NCBI GenBank assembly: GCA_046596255.1
Contig: JBKJMZ010000013.1
Span: 263 to 64,262 of the forward strand
Direction: 5' to 3'
DNA from: Ferruginibacter sp.
GTDB lineage: Bacteria > Bacteroidota > Bacteroidia > Chitinophagales > Chitinophagaceae
DNA: 64,000 nucleotides
Numbering within the stretch: the stretch's first letter is position 1; each line of letters begins with the position of its first letter. This document shows positions 27,779-36,315 of the stretch, one piece after another. Below the pieces are notes generated by a model. That model made no database searches, was not told the origin of the DNA, and worked only from the letters and a program-made list of their open reading frames with translations. The position numbers and the translations under genes are program-made.

Positions 27779-28495
27779 ATGAAAAGAATTTTAGGAGTCT
27801 TGCTGTTTTCCAGCCTGTTCTATGGCTGCGATATTATTAAGCAGATACCACAGGGTAGCGCTGGTGTAGGTGTATCAGAGGCTGAGGCGGGTGCCGGTAT
27901 TAAAGAAGCGCTTGCACAGGGGCTAACTAGTGCTGTATTTAAGCTGAATCGGGACGACGGCTTTTTTAAAGATGCCTTTTATAAAATATTGGTTCCTGAA
28001 GATGCCCGGAAGATCGAAAATACGTTACGAGATATTGGACTGGGCAGTATGGTTGATAAAGCCATTCTCCAGATAAATCGTGGGGCCGAGGATGCAGCAG
28101 GTTATGCCAAGCCTATTTTTGTGAATGCCATAAAAAGTATGACCATACAGGATGCGATCGGGTTGGTAAGAAATGGCGATACCAGTGCCACTCATTTTTT
28201 TAGGGAGAAAACTACAGCTAACTTAGTGGCGGCTTTTACACCGGTTATCAAATCTTCGCTTGACAAGGTAAATGCTACCAAATATTACAGCGATATGGTA
28301 AATAAATACAACAGCCTCCCTATTGTATTTAAAAAAATAAATCCTGATCTCACCGCTTATGTAACCATGAAAGCTACCAATGCCCTGTTTGATTTGGTAG
28401 CCCAGGAAGAAAGAAATATCCGGAATAATTTTGCGGCAAGAACAACAGATCTTTTGAAAAAAGTTTTTGGGGGATACATGGGAGGAGGATTTTAA
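27779..28495 (+). CDS. DUF4197-family exported protein
   Basis: 238 aa. Signal/lipoprotein-like N-terminus (LFSSLFYGC). Pattern ..AGIKEALAQGL..AV..L....GF......KILVPE is typical of DUF4197. Confidence 0.7.
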   Translation: MKRILGVLLFSSLFYGCDIIKQIPQGSAGVGVSEAEAGAGIKEALAQGLTSAVFKLNRDDGFFKDAFYKILVPEDARKIENTLRDIGLGSMVDKAILQINRGAEDAAGYAKPIFVNAIKSMTIQDAIGLVRNGDTSATHFFREKTTANLVAAFTPVIKSSLDKVNATKYYSDMVNKYNSLPIVFKKINPDLTAYVTMKATNALFDLVAQEERNIRNNFAARTTDLLKKVFGGYMGGGF

Positions 28496-29532
28496 TTGTG
28501 TAAAAAGAAATTATTTGCGGCATTAACACCGTTTGTATAGAGGAGTAGTTTATCCTGCTGCTTTGTTTTTTTAATAATGGATGATATATTACCCTGGCTA
28601 ACATAAATGGTCCTTCCCTTTTCATTTTCAAGGCCGGGGTATTTCCTGCTGAGTGTTTCCATCAATAAGTTTGAGAAAGCGGCAAGGTATTCTGTGAATT
28701 TGTTGATATCGTATTCAGGTATCCTGATATTGTTTTGATTTAAGGAGTCTATTTGCTGGGGCCGCTCCAGTTTGATACCAATAGTTTGACCGTTGAATTT
28801 AACCTTATCACATAAAAGTGGGTTTGAGCCCGCATGTACACAGGTATCAAATATACTTACAGGATAATTGCTGAGCATACCGCCATCAACATAGTAATTA
28901 ATAAAAGAGGTTTTGTCAGACCTTTTGATCTTGTGTAATTGATTATCCAGGGCCACAGGTTCGAAGTAGAGCGGTACTCCGCCACTTATCCTTACTGCCA
29001 GAGCCAGAGGCATGTCCGGCGTAGTTTCATAACAAAAGATCTCAAGTTGCTGTTTACTCAGGTTTGTACCCGTGCAGTAAAGGTCTTTATAAATAGCATT
29101 CTTTAAGCGGAGCTTATGCAATTGACTAAAGGTTAAATGTGGGTCGCCCGTTTTATTCTTCACCAATTGCTGCAGCCATTTTTCAAATGCATCACCTTTG
29201 AAAATACCAAACTCATTTTTAAGCCTTTTGTATTTACCAACAAGGCCTCCATTTCCATCTTTGAATTTTTGCAAAGGCAGTTCCATCATGAGACTGTCTA
29301 TTTCAGCCGCAATATATCCAATACTGACCAGCATACCGGCAACAGAACCCGCGGAAGATCCTGCCACTTTCTCGATTTGTTGTAAGATCCCTTTTTCTTC
29401 TAGCACGCTAAATACACCGGCATAGGCAAGTCCACGCACACCCCCACCTTCAAGGACTAAGTTTTTATAATCGTATTTTTTTTGTGCAGCACAAAGCGCT
29501 GGGAAGAGCAGGAGAACAAACAGTTTTTTCAT
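28492..29532 (-). CDS. Patatin-like phospholipase
   Basis: GGGVRGLAYAGV (oxyanion GGGxRG), GSSAGS (GxSxG) and DGG motifs. Signal peptide (..PALCAA|QKK). Its stop overlaps the DUF4197 stop (TTAA at 28492-28495). Confidence 0.88.
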   Translation of the reverse strand: MKKLFVLLLFPALCAAQKKYDYKNLVLEGGGVRGLAYAGVFSVLEEKGILQQIEKVAGSSAGSVAGMLVSIGYIAAEIDSLMMELPLQKFKDGNGGLVGKYKRLKNEFGIFKGDAFEKWLQQLVKNKTGDPHLTFSQLHKLRLKNAIYKDLYCTGTNLSKQQLEIFCYETTPDMPLALAVRISGGVPLYFEPVALDNQLHKIKRSDKTSFINYYVDGGMLSNYPVSIFDTCVHAGSNPLLCDKVKFNGQTIGIKLERPQQIDSLNQNNIRIPEYDINKFTEYLAAFSNLLMETLSRKYPGLENEKGRTIYVSQGNISSIIKKTKQQDKLLLYTNGVNAANNFFLHN

Positions 29533-29571
29533 CAGGTGAAAATAGAGGATTAGCCGGTTATTAAAAGTTAA

Positions 29572-30453
29572 TTAATAATCTGCCAGCAATACCTGCCAGG
29601 CTTCATTTACTTTACCGGCATCTAATAATTCTTTAGCGTAATGATGCAGTTCGGTATCCATCTCATCAGGATTGATGGAAAAATACTGAATGATGTTCTT
29701 CAGTTTATCGTCATTAAAAGCAGGATCTACAAAAGGCATTTCGTGTACATTGGCTAGTTGTCCTAAATTATTGCCGGTAAGAATGCTGCTTGTTGCAAAG
29801 CTTTTGGGTAATGCATCTATGCCGATACCAAGCTGAGTATTGGGTTTGATTACCTGGAAGAGGTTCTGTTCATCTACTTTACAATACCAGTCCCCCCCCA
29901 GCCGGGCCACATGATGCATTTTAGCCTGATCGATCTTTTTATCTTCATTTAATATGCTTTCATCAATATGCATGCACAGTACTTCGCAGATAACCAGGTT
30001 GCCCGCCCCACCTTCTGTACCTAGAGGTTTTACCTCGAGCACTTTGCATTCTAATTTGATCTTGCTTTCTTTAACCATTGGCGGTTTTATCAAAGTTGCC
30101 TGCTCAGCGGTAAAGCCTGCTTTTATAAATTCATTGGTGCCTTTTGCAAATTCGCAACTGGCAAGTGATGTTTGCTGCACCATATTATAGTCAACAATAT
30201 TGATCACCACTTCGGGTACTTCCAATACATTTTGAAGACTGTGTTTGGTAGTATTATCCCTTACTCTCCGGGCAGGTGAAAAAATTACGACCGGCGGGTT
30301 AGAAGAGAATAAATTAAAAAAACTGAAAGGGCTCAGGTTTACATTGCCTGCTTTATCTATAGTTGATGCAAAACAGATAGGCCTGGGCGCAATGGCATGC
30401 TGCAGGTAGTTTTGTGCATCGGCGGGTTTTAGGTCTTTTAATTTGATCAGCAT
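29572..30453 (-). CDS. Flavin reductase-like domain protein
   Basis: 293 aa. The N-terminal half matches the flavin-reductase-like fold pattern (RPI.F.ST.D..G..NL.PFS.FN......PP.V.FS). Confidence 0.7.
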   Translation of the reverse strand: MLIKLKDLKPADAQNYLQHAIAPRPICFASTIDKAGNVNLSPFSFFNLFSSNPPVVIFSPARRVRDNTTKHSLQNVLEVPEVVINIVDYNMVQQTSLASCEFAKGTNEFIKAGFTAEQATLIKPPMVKESKIKLECKVLEVKPLGTEGGAGNLVICEVLCMHIDESILNEDKKIDQAKMHHVARLGGDWYCKVDEQNLFQVIKPNTQLGIGIDALPKSFATSSILTGNNLGQLANVHEMPFVDPAFNDDKLKNIIQYFSINPDEMDTELHHYAKELLDAGKVNEAWQVLLADY

Positions 30454-30510
30454 TAGTATTTTTTTTATCGCAGAGAAAAGGAGAGGCTGAGTTTACGCCA
30501 AGATCGTAGT

Positions 30511-30921
30511 TTAAATTATTTCTGCGTATTCTCTTTTCCTTATTTTCTCCGCGATAATAATTTTAACGCAGAAATAATGAGAAAATGAGTTACGCAAAGA
30601 TAAAAAATTGTTTACTATCCTTTTAAAACCATCTTTCAAATATTGAACATTAAAATTAATAAGATATCCAAGTTTTTTTTGATGATATAACCTAAGGTAA
30701 GTAATCACCTGAAAAATAAAAACAGGAGGCATAGTATCAACTGATTTATTTTCTATAATAATTTCTTCTTCCACGAGGAGGTCAATTTCATACGCCTTAC
30801 CTAAAGGCAAATCTTTATAAACTAATTCTACAGGTACTCGGGCTATGACTTTTAATCCTCGTAACTCAAGCTCTCTTTTTAAGGCCAACTGATATGCAGA
30901 TTCCAATAGCCGTGGTCCCAA
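30511..30921 (-). CDS. GxxExxY family (PD-(D/E)XK-like) protein, N-terminally truncated and possibly decayed
   Basis: GPRLLESAYQLALKRELELRGLKV...YEIDLLVEEEIIIENKSV...GYLINFNVQYLKDGFKRIVNNF matches the GxxExxY family core. The ~20-aa N-terminal helix is missing (the ORF starts at a TTG). The C-terminus reads about 30 aa further into a repeat-like sequence. Confidence 0.65.
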   Translation of the reverse strand: MGPRLLESAYQLALKRELELRGLKVIARVPVELVYKDLPLGKAYEIDLLVEEEIIIENKSVDTMPPVFIFQVITYLRLYHQKKLGYLINFNVQYLKDGFKRIVNNFLSLRNSFSHYFCVKIIIAEKIRKREYAEII

Positions 30922-30964
30922 AGTACTAATTCTGCGAGATCTCCTTTTCTCTTTTTCTCTGCGG

Positions 30965-31972
30965 TTATTTTTTCTTCAACGCTAAAATCGAAAAATCACT
31001 TTCATCCTTCACGATCGTATTGCTCAGTTTACCCAGCGCATCTATCTCCATTTCCACTACATCTCCATCCTGTAACCATTGCGGTTTATATTCGGGATCA
31101 TTCAATAAGCCCGTGCCATTCAGTTCCAGGAAACAGCCAGTACCTACGGTGCCGCTGCCGATAACATCGCCGGGCATGAGGTTAACGCCATAACTGCATC
31201 GCTCAATGATCTCTGCAAAGGTCCAGTCCATATCTCCCAGGTTGCCCTGGCTTACCTGCTTGCCATTTACCCAACATTTCATTTCCAGGTTCCAGGATCT
31301 GCCAACATGATCTTCCTTACAAGGTACTTCATAAGGCTCCAGCTCATCCAAAGTAACCAGTATGGGGCCGATCACCGTTGAAAAATCCTTTCCTTTGGCT
31401 GGGCCCAGGTTCAGCAACATTTCCTCCATCTGCAATGTTCTTGCACTCATATCATTCATGATCATCAGTCCTCCGATATATTCATCCGCTTCTGCGGCTT
31501 TGATATTACGACCGGGTTTACAGATAACAATAGCAGCTTCAAGCTCAAAATCGAGCTTTTGAAAATGATCGGGCATACATACAATATCACCGGGGCCCTG
31601 AATGCTGTTGTGGTTGGAAAAGTAAAAAATGGGGTATTGGTCAAATTCAGGGATCATGTCTACCTTCCGGTTACGGCGGGCTGCAGCCACATGTTGCCTG
31701 AATGCATAACCGTCGCGGCAACTGGTTGGATGCGGTACTGGGGCAAATAATTCTACGCTGTCAAATGGCTCACCCATGACATTTCTCACTAAACCATCTT
31801 TTATTTTTTGCTCAACGGCCCTCGCCATGGGCATATATTCGTCCCAAAAATTTAAAAACATCGACATTGTGGTAGGCAAATCACTGTGCAGGGAATCCAT
31901 GGCATAAATATTGCCATTTACTAAAATGCCTAATTGACCATTACCGTCTTTTAAATAAGTAACTAATTTCAT
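30965..31972 (-). CDS. Fumarylacetoacetate hydrolase (FAH) family protein
   Basis: 335 aa. FAH-fold C-terminal domain pattern (..FELEAAIVI..G......A..YI.G....ND.SAR..Q......GP.KGKDF...IGP..VT.DE). Confidence 0.88.
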   Translation of the reverse strand: MKLVTYLKDGNGQLGILVNGNIYAMDSLHSDLPTTMSMFLNFWDEYMPMARAVEQKIKDGLVRNVMGEPFDSVELFAPVPHPTSCRDGYAFRQHVAAARRNRKVDMIPEFDQYPIFYFSNHNSIQGPGDIVCMPDHFQKLDFELEAAIVICKPGRNIKAAEADEYIGGLMIMNDMSARTLQMEEMLLNLGPAKGKDFSTVIGPILVTLDELEPYEVPCKEDHVGRSWNLEMKCWVNGKQVSQGNLGDMDWTFAEIIERCSYGVNLMPGDVIGSGTVGTGCFLELNGTGLLNDPEYKPQWLQDGDVVEMEIDALGKLSNTIVKDESDFSILALKKK

Positions 31973-32077
31973 AAGTTTATTTTAAAAGCCAAAAGTAACT
32001 ATTAATAGTGAGTGAAATATTACCAGTATTTTTGACATTGGGTCTAAATTTTTATATTTTTGTACTGATTAAGTATT

Positions 32078-32785
32078 ATGAAGTTCGAAAAAATTCACAA
32101 TAAGGGACAGGCCAGGTTGTTTAAGAACCAATACCTGGAGTATATGACCAAAACGCATCCGCTTGTTATCTGGGGGCTCTATATTCCTATGATAGGTTTG
32201 ATGATCTATTTTAGCTATACTGGATTAGCATTTACCGGAACAAGTATATGGCTTAGCTTTTTTGCCGGAATGTTTATCTGGTCATTGTTTGAATATATCA
32301 TTCACCGTTTTGTGTTTCATTTTTTTGCAGAAAGTAAGCGGGCTAAAGAGATCGTATATGTAATACATGGTAATCACCATGAGTACCCAAGAGATAAGGA
32401 ACGTTTGTTTATGCCACCAGTTCCCAGCTTACTGCTTGCGGTAAGTGTTTTCAGCCTGATGTATGCAGCTGCCTTTATCTTTGGTGCCAGTAATTATGTA
32501 TTCTCTTTCTTCCCGGGGTTCCTTTTGGGTTATTTGATCTATGGGAGTATGCATTATGCCATACACGCCTGGAACCCGCCATTTAAATGGATGAAGCCAT
32601 TGTGGCGTAATCATCACCTGCATCACTATAAGAATGAGGAACTGGGCTTTGGGGTAAGCTCCACTTTATGGGACCATATATTTGGTACCATGTTCGACCT
32701 GGGAAAAGAAAAAGAGGATAAGTCCAAAGTACAGGAACTGATGTTCAGCAAGAATACAAACACAAGGCAGTTACAGGAACAATAA
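32078..32785 (+). CDS. Fatty acid hydroxylase / sterol desaturase family membrane protein
   Basis: His boxes HRFVFH, HGNHHEYP and HHLHHY, plus several hydrophobic segments. Confidence 0.85.
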   Translation: MKFEKIHNKGQARLFKNQYLEYMTKTHPLVIWGLYIPMIGLMIYFSYTGLAFTGTSIWLSFFAGMFIWSLFEYIIHRFVFHFFAESKRAKEIVYVIHGNHHEYPRDKERLFMPPVPSLLLAVSVFSLMYAAAFIFGASNYVFSFFPGFLLGYLIYGSMHYAIHAWNPPFKWMKPLWRNHHLHHYKNEELGFGVSSTLWDHIFGTMFDLGKEKEDKSKVQELMFSKNTNTRQLQEQ

Positions 32786-32787
32786 GA

Positions 32788-33162
32788 TCACCATTTTTCT
32801 AATTCATCAATACCTGCCTGTCCGGCCCGCCTCCCCGAGTCGTAAGGAGGGCAGGCAGGCGGGTTACTATCCCCAGGGCCGAACTGCTCACGGGTTTTTA
32901 TTTTTTCAAGCTGCCTTTCAATGATAAGGGTTGCCATGATGTTGCCTGCATCTTCCTGCGGGTGTTGCTGAAGCAGGACTTTTAGCTTTTCCTCGTACAC
33001 ATCAATGCGGTAGAGCCAGGCCAGTAATTTATCAAAATCATTTTTTACCAGCTCATTTAGATAAGCTGCCAGTTGAGTATGTATCTTTTCGTAAGAATCT
33101 TTTTCAATGATCTCTATACCCAGGTCTGATCTTAATGAACGTATCAATGCATCATTTTCCAT
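32788..33162 (-). CDS. Hypothetical protein
   Basis: 124-aa ORF that abuts the next gene (ATG and stop share position 33162). The last ~25 aa (..PPACPPYDSGRRAGQAG..) are encoded by a GC-rich hairpin element. Confidence 0.5.
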   Translation of the reverse strand: MENDALIRSLRSDLGIEIIEKDSYEKIHTQLAAYLNELVKNDFDKLLAWLYRIDVYEEKLKVLLQQHPQEDAGNIMATLIIERQLEKIKTREQFGPGDSNPPACPPYDSGRRAGQAGIDELEKW

Positions 33163-34001
33163 TATTTAAGTGGTTGTTTGTTTTCCATTACACCTATTCC
33201 AAATAAAGCAAGATCATATTTTACAGGGTCGGCCTTATCTAATGTACGCAAACAGGCTGTTAATTCCAATGCCGCCTGCCAGTCAACTGGTTTGCGATTC
33301 AATAGTTTTAATTGTTTGGCAACTCTGGCTACATGTACATCAACCGGGCAGATCAGTTGTGCCGGTTTAATATTTTTCCAGATCCCCAGATCAACACCCT
33401 TCCCGTCATGTCGTACCATCCAGCGCAGGTACATATTCAGCCTTTTACAACTTGAGTTCTTTTCAGGAGATGCAATATGTTTTCTTGTACGTTCGGCAAT
33501 ATGCGGCAGCGAAAAGAAATAATGATAAAATCCTTTTAAGGCATTTTCAATTGTCTCATCTTGCTTACCCATCCATTTTGTAAAGGCAGTTTCAAGTGAG
33601 GTATGATCGGTATAATGCATTTTAAAAAAGGCAATAAAATACAGCAGGTCGGTGGCATTGAAAGTGCGGTGCTTAAAGGCCAGTAGTTTTTTAAGATCGT
33701 TGTCTGAATGATGTATACAAAACCTGTGCGGATCATTATCCATTAATCCTAAAAGCTCTTTGGATTTATTGATAATGGTAGTTCGGTTGCCCCAGGCAAA
33801 TATGGCTGCAAAGAAACCAGCGATCTCTATATCCTGTTTTTTGGTAAATAGATGGGGTATGCAAATGGGATCAGTTTTGATAAAAACAGGTTGGTTATAA
33901 AGCAACAGTTTAGCATCGAGGAATGTCTTTGAATTATCCTGTTCATTCTTCACTGAGCAGCTGTTTAATGATCTTGATGCCCAGGCCATCGCTGAATGCA
34001 T
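33162..34001 (-). CDS. TIGR02757 (DUF2400) family protein
   Basis: Pattern DPICIPHLFTKKQDIEIAGFFAAIFAWGNRTTII...MYLRWMVR..GVDLGIW..I.P..L.P.DVH. The start is uncertain. The ORF's ATG overlaps the upstream gene by 59 nt, and a GTG at 33953 is a plausible alternative. Confidence 0.7.
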   Translation of the reverse strand: MHSAMAWASRSLNSCSVKNEQDNSKTFLDAKLLLYNQPVFIKTDPICIPHLFTKKQDIEIAGFFAAIFAWGNRTTIINKSKELLGLMDNDPHRFCIHHSDNDLKKLLAFKHRTFNATDLLYFIAFFKMHYTDHTSLETAFTKWMGKQDETIENALKGFYHYFFSLPHIAERTRKHIASPEKNSSCKRLNMYLRWMVRHDGKGVDLGIWKNIKPAQLICPVDVHVARVAKQLKLLNRKPVDWQAALELTACLRTLDKADPVKYDLALFGIGVMENKQPLK

Positions 34002-35016
34002 TTTTGTTGAATTGATTTATCACTACAACAACTGCTTTGCTTTTATCTTTTGTAAAAGCACAAAATGTAGAAAAGCCATACGTGCCCCCATTATGCCAGT
34101 AAATGGGCTGCGGGTCTTTTTCATTGAGGATATGCCAGCCCAATCCTATGCCTATCCTTGGGTTAATGGCAACTGTTTGGGTGGTTAATTCATTCACGAT
34201 CTGTTTTGAAACACCCGGCGAAGGGAATGACATATTGTGCAGGTAAGTAAGGATATCATTTGCTGAACATCGTATGCCACCAGCTGGTGCCAATACATGC
34301 ATGTTCCAATATTCTGCTTTATCATCCTTTGCATAATAACCAACACTTTTTATTTGCGCCGGGTCATTTTGTTTACCCATTTTAATAGGAATAAAAATGT
34401 ACTGATCTAAAAGTGAAGCATAAGATTTGCCGGAAATACGCTCTGCCAATACGCCTGCTAAACCTGCACCAAGATTGGAATAATTACTTTTTCCATCAGG
34501 CTTTGGTGTACAATTCTTTAAATAATTGAAAAGATCTTCACCCTTATAATTTTCATAGGGCTGGCGAATGTTTACCATTTTCATATTACCCGGCAGCCTG
34601 GGTAAACCCGATGTATGATTCATCAGGCTTAAAAAACTGATGCTATCAAGCTTTTTATTTTGCCGAACAGAATCAGGTAGGTATTTAATAATTGATGACG
34701 ATTGAGGTATCTTATGCTCCATCAACACCGCCATTAAAAGATAGGCCGTAAAAGTTTTGGTAATGCTTCCAATCTCGAAAATAGTTTCAGAATCAAATGG
34801 TATCTGCTTTTCGGGGTCTGCAAATCCTGCTGTGAAAAATTGTTTTTCACCGTTATTTAAAATACCCACCTGGATACCCGGCAAACTTTCTTTTTTGTAA
34901 ATACTGTCGGCATTGTGCTGAATAAATTCAGACAGGCTTTTCTTTCCTGTTTGAGCTGTACAGTTGCTAAACAAAGAAAGCACAGATAATGTGAATATGC
35001 ATTTGAGTATTTTCAT
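33943..35016 (-). CDS. Serine hydrolase (class C beta-lactamase / PBP-like family)
   Basis: Signal peptide, then the SxxK motif in GSITKTFTAYL. Confidence 0.85.
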   Translation of the reverse strand: MKILKCIFTLSVLSLFSNCTAQTGKKSLSEFIQHNADSIYKKESLPGIQVGILNNGEKQFFTAGFADPEKQIPFDSETIFEIGSITKTFTAYLLMAVLMEHKIPQSSSIIKYLPDSVRQNKKLDSISFLSLMNHTSGLPRLPGNMKMVNIRQPYENYKGEDLFNYLKNCTPKPDGKSNYSNLGAGLAGVLAERISGKSYASLLDQYIFIPIKMGKQNDPAQIKSVGYYAKDDKAEYWNMHVLAPAGGIRCSANDILTYLHNMSFPSPGVSKQIVNELTTQTVAINPRIGIGLGWHILNEKDPQPIYWHNGGTYGFSTFCAFTKDKSKAVVVVINQFNKNAFSDGLGIKIIKQLLSEE

Positions 35017-35022
35017 AGCGGC

Positions 35023-36222
35023 TTATCCAATTGCATTGTTTAGATCGTCAATAAGGTCATCCACATCTTCAATACCCACGCTCAGTCTTATCAGGCTATC
35101 GGTAAGCCCGTTCTTAATGCGTTCTTCACGTGGAATACTTGCATGTGTCATTACTGCAGGGTGATTAATCAGTGATTCCACACCGCCTAAACTTTCGGCA
35201 AGTGAAAATAAATGTGTGCCCGATAAAACTTTATTGGCAGCTTCTAAACTGTCATCTTTTAATTCAAAACTGATCATGCCGCCAAAACCACGCATTTGTT
35301 TTTTGGCAATGGCATAGCCCGGATTGTCTTCAAAGCCCGGCCAGTAAACTTTTGATATCTTAGGGTTGTTGCGAAGCCAGTGGGCGATCTTTTCACCGTT
35401 CTCACAATGCTGCTTCATTCTTACATGCAGTGTTTTTATTCCTCTTAATACTAAAAAACAATCCATAGGCCCCGGCACAGCGCCACAACTTTTTTGTATG
35501 AAATATAATTTTTCCCTCAGCTCCATATCATTCATCATCAATGCGCCCTGTATCACATCACTATGTCCGCCTAAATATTTCGTGGCCGAGTGCATGATGA
35601 TATCTGCCCCATGATCCAATGGGTTTTGCAGGTATGGCGATGCAAAAGTATTATCAACACAAAGCAAGGCATTGGCTGCTTTAGATATGGCAGCTATAGC
35701 TTCAATATCACTGATATTCATCAACGGGTTGGTTGGTGTTTCGATCCATATCAGTTTAGTATTTGCCGTAACTGCCGACTGTACATTTTCTGCATTGCTG
35801 GTATCTACATAAATGAATTTTATACCAAAGCGTTCCCAAACCTTTGTAAATAAACGGTAGCTTCCGCCATACATATCATTGGCTGCGATCACTTCATCGC
35901 CGGGGTTCAATAATTTCATTACACTATCAGTTGCAGCTACACCGCTGCTGAATGCCAGGGCAAATTTTGCATTTTCAATAATGGCGTAAGCATCTTCCAA
36001 TGCCTTACGGGTTGGATTTTGAGAACGGGCATATTCATATCCTTTGTTCTTACCCGGGGCTTCCTGAACATAAGTGCTTGTTTGGTAAATGGGAGTCATG
36101 ATGGCCCCTGTACTTGGATCAGGCTCGGCACCAGCATGAATAAACCTGGTAGCGATCTTCATGTTCCTGGCCACTTGCCCAGCATCCTGCGGAAAAGAAG
36201 AATTTAAATCTTTTATACTCAT
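35023..36222 (-). CDS. Cys/Met-metabolism PLP-dependent enzyme (cystathionine gamma-synthase / beta-lyase / gamma-lyase family)
   Basis: 399 aa. The PLP-lysine context SATKYLGGHSD and family-wide conservation (YSR..NPT...E.....LE). Confidence 0.9.
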   Translation of the reverse strand: MSIKDLNSSFPQDAGQVARNMKIATRFIHAGAEPDPSTGAIMTPIYQTSTYVQEAPGKNKGYEYARSQNPTRKALEDAYAIIENAKFALAFSSGVAATDSVMKLLNPGDEVIAANDMYGGSYRLFTKVWERFGIKFIYVDTSNAENVQSAVTANTKLIWIETPTNPLMNISDIEAIAAISKAANALLCVDNTFASPYLQNPLDHGADIIMHSATKYLGGHSDVIQGALMMNDMELREKLYFIQKSCGAVPGPMDCFLVLRGIKTLHVRMKQHCENGEKIAHWLRNNPKISKVYWPGFEDNPGYAIAKKQMRGFGGMISFELKDDSLEAANKVLSGTHLFSLAESLGGVESLINHPAVMTHASIPREERIKNGLTDSLIRLSVGIEDVDDLIDDLNNAIG

Positions 36223-36315
36223 AAAATCTTTTTACAAAAGTAATTGGTTTTTTTTAAGTCCCTTCAGGCCCGCCCGGATGAATTCCGTTCGGACGGGGGT
36301 TTGGGGCAAAGCATG

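Noticed and set aside
36223-36315. A possible SAM riboswitch upstream of the Cys/Met PLP enzyme gene.
   Set aside because: The spacer is only 93 nt, lacks the conserved SAM-I/SAM-II core sequences, and is mostly taken up by the CCTTCAGGCCCGC repeat and its hairpin.
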